From positions 9,382 to 73,381 of the IMG/VR virus record IMGVR_UViG_3300050821_012250: 64,000 bases of DNA. The stretch is one strand, 5' to 3'. A program made the position numbers and the translations under genes. The notes below the pieces were generated by a model. The model was not told the origin of the DNA and searched no databases. It was given only the letters and a program-made list of their open reading frames with translations. Shown piece after piece: positions 1 through 7,570 of this stretch. The stretch is from a virus. How positions within the stretch are numbered: the stretch's first letter is position 1; the number at the start of each line of letters is the position of its first letter.

Positions 1-354
1 ATCGCGATGCTTTCCGGCATGCTGTTCGGCAAGCCCTGTACATTAGGTCCCGGATTCGGCATTACATCGTCCTCAGTTAATCGGTGCCGTCAAAAGAATT
101 CCGCTTGAGCGGCTTGATGAGACGCGGGGCCTCGCGGCCCGGTTCGATCTTTCCGGGCAGCGCTGAAGCCGCACGCGGCTTCAGTCCGGAACCTGAGGAT
201 TGGATACAGTCGCTCGCGAAAGCCTCGGGCATGCGCTCGTAATGCGTATGCTGAGATGCTGGACCACCAGCGGGAATATCCGGAGCGTGCTCGACCGGCG
301 CATGCGGAGTACCGACTTCGGTACTCGTGGTGATCCGGCTCGGCTCGTTGGGCA

Positions 355-729
355 TCAGACGCCAGCGCCTCGCGTGAAGATTACCGCGGTATTCGTACCA
401 GGCGCGGTACCCAGAATCACACTCACCGCCGCCACTTCACTGTTGACCGTGACGGTACGGCACACACCGGGTGCCACCGGAAAGCTCGCCGCGACCGTTG
501 CCGCGACTTCCTCGGTGGTATTGCGCGAGAAATTGACGTACGCCCATGCGGTGGTCGTATTGGCGATCTGGATCTGATTGAGATCGCTGTTGCCCGTGGT
601 GTTACCGGGAAGCGTGGCGGAGGCCGCAGCCGAGTTACTTCCTGTCACCGTGACGCTCGCGATCAGTGAGCCGGCGCCAGATCCCGAATTCGGCCCGTAG
701 AGCGGTGCAAAAGGACGTTGATCGTACAT
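355..729 (-). CDS. Ser/Thr/Ala-rich putative virion structural protein
   Basis: 124-aa ORF downstream of the coat gene, co-oriented and closely spaced with neighbours; beta-strand-like, small-residue-rich composition. Confidence 0.55.
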   Translation of the reverse strand: MYDQRPFAPLYGPNSGSGAGSLIASVTVTGSNSAAASATLPGNTTGNSDLNQIQIANTTTAWAYVNFSRNTTEEVAATVAASFPVAPGVCRTVTVNSEVAAVSVILGTAPGTNTAVIFTRGAGV

Positions 730-731
730 GA

Positions 732-1079
732 CTACGCGCTGATGCCGGACGGCGCCGAGGCGCTTTCGCCGTAGTTCTCGTAGCGCGCCACGAAAACGGT
801 ATAGACGGAACTGGCTGTCGGCGTGATGGTCGCGGCCGTGAGATTGCCGAACGTGATGCCGATCGTGCCATTCGCGGTCGCGCGCGTGTTGGTAATGGTC
901 AAGCCGGCCTGTGGCGCACCGGAATTGTTGGCATTGACGTAATCGCCGAGATGCAAACCGGGAACCGTGAATGTCTGTTCCGCCGAGGTATTCGGCGCGA
1001 CAGAGGTCGGACTCAATGTCAAATTCAGCACCATCACCAGACTGACGTTGCCGATCGTGTTCGTTGCGGGACCACCCAT
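732..1079 (-). CDS. Putative head decoration/structural protein
   Basis: 115 aa, GGAG RBS upstream, Thr/Ala/Asn-rich, SAEQTFTVPGL..GD.V type motif typical of phage head accessory proteins. Confidence 0.55.
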   Translation of the reverse strand: MGGPATNTIGNVSLVMVLNLTLSPTSVAPNTSAEQTFTVPGLHLGDYVNANNSGAPQAGLTITNTRATANGTIGITFGNLTAATITPTASSVYTVFVARYENYGESASAPSGISA

Positions 1080-1091
1080 GTTGAAACTCTC

Positions 1092-1799
1092 CTAGGAAGC
1101 GATTGAAAGAGGGACGGATTCGGGCTCAGGAACCTGGGTTGCCTGCAGCATCCCGTTTTTGACGCCATATTCCAGGAAGTTGCCTTCCCAGAATTTCTGA
1201 CCGCGATGCGTGAAACGCACATCGGCATCGATCCAGACGGATTCGCCGAGCGCGGTCCACTGGCGGCAGAAGAAAATATCCTCGCCCGTGAAATGCTTGT
1301 TCATATAACCGGTTTGGAAGTACGGCTTGCCGCTATCCATCGTGTGATAGTCGGCATATTCGGGATAGGCTTTGTCGAGTTTCTCAAACGCTGACCGTTT
1401 GATCCGCATGAACGCAGTCGGCGCCTCCAGCGTTTCGATCAAGCCGTTTTCGACTTTGCCGGTCAGTGCGCGATCGTGATAGGGCTTACCTTCCCAACGT
1501 TTCGGCACCAGACCCGCGACGACTTCCTGCGGATACTCCAGGAATTTCTTAGTGGCATGGAAGTCCCAGCCCACATCGGAATCGATGAAGAACAGATCCG
1601 TGCAGTCGGTCTCATGCAGGAAGTGATGCACGAGCTGATTGCGTGCGAGATCGATGAAGCACATGCCGGCGACGAAGCGGGCCTGGACATGGATCTTATG
1701 CTGCGAGAGATAGATCGCCGTCGACATCATGGAGGTCTGATACTCGGCGCAGAAACTGAAATCGAAGGTCGGGGTGGCGAACAACACACGGGGTTTCAT
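1092..1799 (-). CDS. GT-A fold glycosyltransferase-like protein
   Basis: Motifs VLFATP, IDLARN, LFFIDSD (DxD), TAFMRIKR and GEDIFFC. Confidence 0.75.
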   Translation of the reverse strand: MKPRVLFATPTFDFSFCAEYQTSMMSTAIYLSQHKIHVQARFVAGMCFIDLARNQLVHHFLHETDCTDLFFIDSDVGWDFHATKKFLEYPQEVVAGLVPKRWEGKPYHDRALTGKVENGLIETLEAPTAFMRIKRSAFEKLDKAYPEYADYHTMDSGKPYFQTGYMNKHFTGEDIFFCRQWTALGESVWIDADVRFTHRGQKFWEGNFLEYGVKNGMLQATQVPEPESVPLSIAS

Positions 1800-2164
1800 T
1801 GTCGTGATTCTGATTTTTTGAGGGAGAGGATGGGACGTGACGGAGACTCCGTAGATGGGATCACCTCCTCGACATTCGATAGCGGCGCGACGGTTGCGAT
1901 CTGGGCGACTGCAGGCAGATCGTCAGGATGGTATTCGCAGAACGCGCCAGAGGGACGCATCATGCCAGGTTGCCACAGATAAACGACCGGCCGCGCTTCC
2001 AGTTCGCCGCGACGGTTCAGGTATGAAATGTTCACCGTGCCGTCAAAATTGACATGCGTGATGGTCGCGGCCAACGGCTGATTGTTGAGATCGTACGGCG
2101 CGTAGGCCGATGCTGCGAGCGTAGGCCAGAACCAGAGTCGTTTTCCAACGGTGGGTTGGATCAT
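1796..2164 (-). CDS. Conserved phage hypothetical protein (PTVGR-type N-terminus)
   Basis: MIQPTVGKRLWFWP...PLAATITHV...VN; ATGA overlaps with both neighbours. Confidence 0.6.
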   Translation of the reverse strand: MIQPTVGKRLWFWPTLAASAYAPYDLNNQPLAATITHVNFDGTVNISYLNRRGELEARPVVYLWQPGMMRPSGAFCEYHPDDLPAVAQIATVAPLSNVEEVIPSTESPSRPILSLKKSESRQ

Positions 2165-2400
2165 TCTGGGATGCCTTCAACCATATAGCGAACCAACGCT
2201 TCCGCTTGCGTGGCATCCAAGAGGTTAGTACCGCTGGGCTCGTGGCGCGCAGGAGGCTTGCCTCGGGCTGCGTTGTACTCAACGTTGTAATCAGGGTTGA
2301 AGCTGATTCCCGCGTCAGGCTGGAAGTTCTCAGGCAACCGCCATCCAAGGAAGCGATTCACCATGTGCTTGATTTGCTCGTCGGTCATTAATTCACCTCC

Positions 2401-2425
2401 AAAAAAGGCCCCGGAGTACGGGGCC
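2401..2425 (-). terminator. Rho-independent terminator
   Basis: GGCCCCG-TACTC-CGGGGCC hairpin followed by T6 on the minus strand. Confidence 0.8.
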
Positions 2426-2545
2426 AACGTGTGTCACCACTACGAGGAAAATGTGTGTCATCTCCAAGTTTGTCGTTACGATCTTCTCGGTCCACGCTTG
2501 GCGCCTGACACGGGCGGCAGTTTACAATCATGATTTGTTGTATTT

Positions 2546-3010
2546 CTACGATAAATCATATCCATAGACGTAAACATCGAACGTCGCGGCCACGCCAGCC
2601 AACGTTGTACCCACACGCGCATACAGCGTGCTGCCGGTCTGACTGGTGGTCGTTGCTGCGACAGTGCTGTATGCCACAGCCGTCGCATTGGTCACTGACA
2701 GTGCGGCAGCCGTGACGATGGTTGTACCGCCGTTGTTGGTCGCCGCATTCAAGCTGAAGTAAGCGGTCGATACTGCAGTAGTGCTGGCATTCGCAGTCAG
2801 CACCGCTGAAACGACCCATTTACTTGCATTGATCACGGGAATCGGCGTATCGGCCACCGCGTTTGCGTTCACGGCACGGGCTTCACCGAGAAGTCGAAGC
2901 GCATTCGAACCTTGGTAGTTGCCACCGTAAGTCTGTGTATTAACCGGCGTCAGCACTGCCAAAGAATTGGCATTTGCCGTAATCGCCGGGCCTGGATTGG
3001 TATCTGCCAT
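2546..3010 (-). CDS. Putative capsid decoration/minor structural protein
   Basis: 154 aa, Ala/Thr-rich, C-terminal FDVYVYGYD, AGGAG RBS, located downstream of the coat gene. Confidence 0.6.
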   Translation of the reverse strand: MADTNPGPAITANANSLAVLTPVNTQTYGGNYQGSNALRLLGEARAVNANAVADTPIPVINASKWVVSAVLTANASTTAVSTAYFSLNAATNNGGTTIVTAAALSVTNATAVAYSTVAATTTSQTGSTLYARVGTTLAGVAATFDVYVYGYDLS

Positions 3011-3030
3011 GGAAAACTAGCTCCTAAATG

Positions 3031-3053
3031 AAAAGGGCGCCGTGTGGCGCCCT
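3031..3053 (-). terminator. Rho-independent terminator after coat/HNH
   Basis: AGGGCGCC-ACAC-GGCGCCCT hairpin followed by Ts. Confidence 0.7.
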
Positions 3054-3097
3054 CAAGGTGGTTGGTTGATCGGCCCTGTCAGGCCCGGACGAGAACA

Positions 3098-3886
3098 TCA
3101 GTCGGTAACGTGCTTCCAGACTTTGCGTCTGCGGATGTTGGAAACGAGAACGTTGGAGATTCCATATTTCTGAGCCAAGATCTTCCCTTGCTCGATACTT
3201 TTACGGATTTCTCTCACAATTTCCTCCGTGATTTTGCTTCCGATTCCACGTCTATGCGCGCCACCGCGAGGATTTTTAGCGATGTGGCTCACTTCTACGT
3301 GAGCCCAAGAAACTCTATTCTTGATGCTCGTGATCGTAGTAGCAGCCACTCCATAATCAGCCGCGATTTCAGCATACGTTCGTGAATCTGAGAGAATTTT
3401 CCTAACTTTCTCTTCATTGAGTTGGGCCAGATGAGAATTCTCTCCCGACTGATCATGTCGGCGCCCTTTCCTATTCATATCTGCATGGTTGTCGGCTACA
3501 GTTCCAAGCCACAAATGCGCTGGATTGACACATGTGGGATTGTCACAGGTATGACAGACAAGTTTGTCAGGAGGCACTGGCTTGCCACTATGTAGAGCAA
3601 AAGAAAATCGATGGGCTTTCGTATACCTCACTCCGTGAATTATTCCGTCAAAACGCCCATACCCTTGACGGTCCACGCAGTAGGTCCATAACCAACAGCC
3701 CTCTGTCTTTTTATGCTGTGCTTCGAATCGTTCGATGGCACTCCTGCCTCTGAACATCGCAGCATTCATTTTAGGTTCAAACGGCGAGCCAGATTTCCTA
3801 GCTCGCCGCAAATGCTCACTGCATAAGCCAGAAGCCTTCACAGGGAGGTCGCACCCTTTGCATTGACACACGCTTACGGTTTCCAC
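3098..3886 (-). CDS. Free-standing HNH homing endonuclease
   Basis: GCWLW..GYG, KAHRFS, VCHTCDNPTCVNPAHL..GT..DN HNH motif; C-terminal repeated helical DNA-binding units; GTG start at 3886 preferred. Confidence 0.9.
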   Translation of the reverse strand: METVSVCQCKGCDLPVKASGLCSEHLRRARKSGSPFEPKMNAAMFRGRSAIERFEAQHKKTEGCWLWTYCVDRQGYGRFDGIIHGVRYTKAHRFSFALHSGKPVPPDKLVCHTCDNPTCVNPAHLWLGTVADNHADMNRKGRRHDQSGENSHLAQLNEEKVRKILSDSRTYAEIAADYGVAATTITSIKNRVSWAHVEVSHIAKNPRGGAHRRGIGSKITEEIVREIRKSIEQGKILAQKYGISNVLVSNIRRRKVWKHVTD

Positions 3887-3981
3887 ATTTCGTTCTCGGT
3901 TATTAAGACCGAGACATTTTGCCGAAAACCTTGGACGAATGCAATGCATTGAGCTATTCTAAATCCCCGTGAAAACAAGCC

Positions 3982-5600
3982 TCATCCAAACACCCGGATC
4001 GCTAAGGACCTGTATAAAGAAGCAGGGCCGTAGAGAACATCACAGCGTGTAGGCTCTGAGTCGTTATTGATAGTGAATTGCGTCACCATCCGAATCGACA
4101 TCCCCACATCCTCGTCGTCATAAGCCCGCGCCGCGAACTCCACGCCCCGGGGCAGTGGCAGATCCGCGAAGGCCAACGCAAACGCGTACTTGTGGAACAC
4201 CAACCCCTGCGGAGTCGCCGTGCTGGCGTACGCCGTTCCACCGTTGACCGTGATGGTCGTACCGGTGCCAGTCGGCGCCGCCGTGCAGTTCTGGAACTGG
4301 CCGGCGCTGATGATCGCGTCGCCAATCGTGAGCTGCAGATTGCCCGAGCTGTCACTGGTGTACACCCCAGTCAGCGGGTTGAACGTACCGTTCGTCAAAC
4401 TCGCCGGCCCGTAGTAGATGCCCGTCGTCGCGGCACCGTTAGGCGGCGTGATAAAGCCACCGGGCGGTAGTACCACGAATTGTTTCAGCGTGCGTCCATA
4501 CTGCTGACGGCTCTGCGGGTTTACCGGATAGATACCTGAGAACTGGATCACATCACCGACCTTGATCACACCGGTCGAAGCCGTCCAACCTGTCGTCAGG
4601 ATCGTGCCGTTCGCCGACCATCCGCTCGTGAGCAGCGCCGTACCGGTCGGTGTCGCCGAGACCGTGGGCGTACCGCCCTGAGCACCGGTCGTGAACGACA
4701 TGATGTTCTGATCCTCCCACCAGTCCAATCCGGCGAACTCCTTCGCCACCATGCCGCGCTCGTTGAACTCGCTGATGCGCGCCTGAGGATTGAACAGACC
4801 CTTGATGGCATCCGTTGCCGCTGACATGCTGATGGGATCCAGCACGCAGTTCTTCTCGCCTTCGGCCGGGCAGGCCTCGGACGCCAGCACCGCGCGCGCA
4901 TCGGAGAAAATCTTGTAGCTCGCAGGCTGGATGCCCGCGGTGCCCAAGGAATTCGCCGTGTTGAGCGTGCAGAACTGTGCAGTGTCGGAGTCAACCCGGT
5001 TCGCGACGGTTGCGACCTGAGGTTTCAGAATGCGCTGTTTGAACATATCCATGGACAGCGCCAGGTCCTGCGTCGTGAACTGCACATCGACGTGGAACTG
5101 GTAGTTGAGCACCACCGGGACGTACTGCTCGAACGTGTCTTCCACGTTCAGAGGGGGGCCGTATGTACCGATGTAGCGGGGCGGACGCCGGACGTTAACT
5201 GTGTTGCCTATCTTGGCGCCGGTCTGTGCGAACTCGTTTGAATCAAATGTTAGACCAACTCAAGTTGGTCCGATCTTTCGATCGCTCTGATTCTCATCAG
5301 AGATCAGATCATATCTTGCTTCTTTCGAAGCCCCACCGTTTCGAGCCCGTTGGCTCTACTTCCTTTCGGAATGATCGTTGAGCGTTCCGTCTTATGACGG
5401 CTTCGTTGCTGATTGTCTAATCCTGAAGATTGTTACCTTTCGGTACTTCAGGCTATAAAGAGTTTCCAGCAGTTAGATGGGTTTTGCGTCAGCATTCAAT
5501 TTTACTGACGGTCAACGCGGTTAGCGATGACGAGTTCATTTTCCAACACTACCAACGCCTCGTTAGTAATGTAAGAAATCGTCAAAAGTTGCTGGACAAT
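3982..5600 (-). CDS. P22-like major capsid protein, join(5504..5600,3982..5243), about 452 aa after splicing
   Basis: Exon 1 reads (M)VQQLLTISYITNEALVVLENELVIANRVDRQ; the spliced junction gives RVDRQ-Y-SNEFAQTGAKIGNTVNVRRP in frame with the 387-aa ORF; C-terminus FHKYAFALAFADL..R.DVLYG is typical of P22 gp5-like coats. Confidence 0.9.
5244..5503 (-). ncRNA. Group I self-splicing intron (260 nt, no ORF)
   Basis: P1 CGUCAGU/GCUGACG with a U.G wobble at the 5' splice site; P10 UUGAAU pairs with exon 2 AUUCAA; P element AACUGCUGGAAA, Q AAUCAGCA, R CUCAACGAUCA, S AAGAUAUGAUC; P3 CCCAUC/GGUGGG; terminal G at 5244; removal restores the reading frame. Confidence 0.95.
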
Positions 5601-5643
5601 AGTCGCTGCTCCTAAATGTTTGTTTCATCAGGAACACCAACAC

Positions 5644-6858
5644 CTAACGCCGCTTACTCCGCGCTCTCTCCTTTTCATAAGCCCGCAGTTGCTTGAAATC
5701 CATCTTCGACGGATCAGTCACCACGGTCCCGGAGCCTTGCGCGGAAATCGGCGTGATCGGTGGAGGCGCTCCACCACGCTCGGGTGCTTTCGGTGCAACT
5801 GGCGGCGGCACGACTGCGACAGGCGCAGGCGCGACAACCGGAGCTGCGGGAGCCGGCGGCGGGGTCGGCGTTGGAGCCGGGGTGACCGCTGCAGGCTTCT
5901 CGAAAGCCAACTCGAGCTTGCCCACTTCGGCGACAGCCTTGGCGGGCGAGAGTTTTCGAATACGATCTGTGAAATCTGGGTGATTCGCCATGTAATAGGT
6001 GATATCAGCCCCGTAATCGCTCTCGGTGACGAACTGGAGCACCGCGTCTTGAACTAGAACATCTGTTGCGCCCACGACTTCCAGGAAATCGGGGTATTTG
6101 ATCTGAGCTTTTTCAAGTCGGGACCGAAATTCGGCCTCGACTTTGGCACGCTCCTCTGCCTGTTTCTCTTGCGCGATTTTGGCGCGCTCTTGCTCGGCCG
6201 CATGAGCGGCTCGAGCGTCTGCAAACTGATCTTTCGCGTCAATGAACTTACTCCAGTCGACGACACCTTCTGGAGAAGTGAATTCTTTGATATCCGGTGC
6301 CTTCGGCGGCTCAGGCGCGGCTGGCGCAGCCGGCGCGGATTTCTGAGTCTTCGCGGACTGCAATTCGCGCTCGAGCTCTGCGGCACGGGCTTCCGCCAGT
6401 CGAGCACGCTCGAACTGGTTTTTGGCAAACGCCTCGGCGTCCTTGGCCTCTTCTTCCGCCGTCTTGCGCAGCGCCTCTTCCTGCTTCGCGATCTTGTGCC
6501 GTTTGCCCACCAATCGCCGCACACGCTCGCTTTCATCGGGCGCGGCGAGAATGTAGCCCTTGTCGTCCTCTGAAAGCCCGAGATACGGGTCCGGCAGGTC
6601 ATCAGGGTCAACCGACGCGGCAGGCGGCACAATGGCTGCGGGAGCCTCTGGCGCTGGCGCGGGGGGCACTTCGGGCGCTGTCCCGGCCGTCGCATCGGGC
6701 TGCTTCGGAGGTGCCGGCGGCGGCGTAACGGCCACCGTAGTCTCGACCGGCGTCTCTCCGGGCAACGACTTGTCGCCCTTCACGTGGTTTTTGACCTCCG
6801 TGACGGCGCCGGTTTCGATGAAATCTTGCAATCCAGAACTCGTTACAACTTTTCCCAA
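5644..6858 (-). CDS. Scaffolding protein
   Basis: Lies between portal and coat; Pro/Ala-rich with coiled coil; YPDF..V, YYMANHP, AVAEVGKLE and PPPITPI motifs typical of P22-like scaffolds; TTG start with GGAG RBS. Confidence 0.8.
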   Translation of the reverse strand: MGKVVTSSGLQDFIETGAVTEVKNHVKGDKSLPGETPVETTVAVTPPPAPPKQPDATAGTAPEVPPAPAPEAPAAIVPPAASVDPDDLPDPYLGLSEDDKGYILAAPDESERVRRLVGKRHKIAKQEEALRKTAEEEAKDAEAFAKNQFERARLAEARAAELERELQSAKTQKSAPAAPAAPEPPKAPDIKEFTSPEGVVDWSKFIDAKDQFADARAAHAAEQERAKIAQEKQAEERAKVEAEFRSRLEKAQIKYPDFLEVVGATDVLVQDAVLQFVTESDYGADITYYMANHPDFTDRIRKLSPAKAVAEVGKLELAFEKPAAVTPAPTPTPPPAPAAPVVAPAPVAVVPPPVAPKAPERGGAPPPITPISAQGSGTVVTDPSKMDFKQLRAYEKERARSKRR

Positions 6859-6912
6859 GGAAATCTCCGCTCTCAGCCGCTAGGCTGCAAATTGACCGTA
6901 TCCAAATCACAT

Positions 6913-7212
6913 CTACGCATTCAACTGCCGTTCTTGGCGTTGCAACTCATCGTAGAAAAATTCCGTCAGACGAAAGCCGAGTGAGCCGCAATAACAAAGG
7001 ATTTTCTGAGCCTTGCGCATATCGCCAGTTTTCAGATCCCTATAAATTCCCCACCATGGCAACCGCAAATCCCACCAAATTCGACCGTCGTATTTTGAGC
7101 GGTGATATCGCAGAATCCACCGATATTCTTTATGCAGATGTCGTTGAAGGTCTCTGTTGTGCTCGTAGGCCCGTAGCTCACGAAATGACATTTCAGATGG
7201 ATTCTTTGTCAT
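6913..7212 (-). CDS. Hypothetical protein with an N-terminal scaffold-like motif
   Basis: ATG at 7212; begins MTKNPSEMSFRELRAYE, similar to the scaffold C-terminus. Confidence 0.55.
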   Translation of the reverse strand: MTKNPSEMSFRELRAYEHNRDLQRHLHKEYRWILRYHRSKYDGRIWWDLRLPWWGIYRDLKTGDMRKAQKILCYCGSLGFRLTEFFYDELQRQERQLNA

Positions 7213-7570
7213 CACAACTCTAACTCGCTCTCGGCACAATGGCCGCAATTAACCAAAAATACGGACTATCACTAAATTCCAAAAGGCCGTGCAAATCACG
7301 CACAATTCCAAAACTATCAAGTATGCGACCCAACCAGGGATCACGCGAATATTCGTGTAGGCCAGCAGCGGCTTCATGGCGTGCTGTCGGATTTCTTCTC
7401 GGCCTTCTCAACAAATCGCATGGCGCTCAAAGCAGCCAACACACCTTTACGAAAATATTCAGCGGCTTGGCCTCCGGGAAATGGATCACTGGGCAATCCG
7501 CAACGGCAGCAGCGACAATCTCCGCCCGTCTTGAATTCCTCGCAATCGCAAACCGGACATTTGCCCCAAA

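Noticed and set aside
3982-5145. ORF-track call of a 387-aa coat protein starting at GTG 5145
   Set aside because: Coat-like sequence continues upstream in frame to 5243 and, across the intron, to 5600
5620-6910. Multiple long alternative-frame and antisense ORFs over the scaffold gene (and similar ones elsewhere)
   Set aside because: Expected shadow ORFs in GC-rich coding DNA with no recognisable motifs, unlike the methyltransferase overlap
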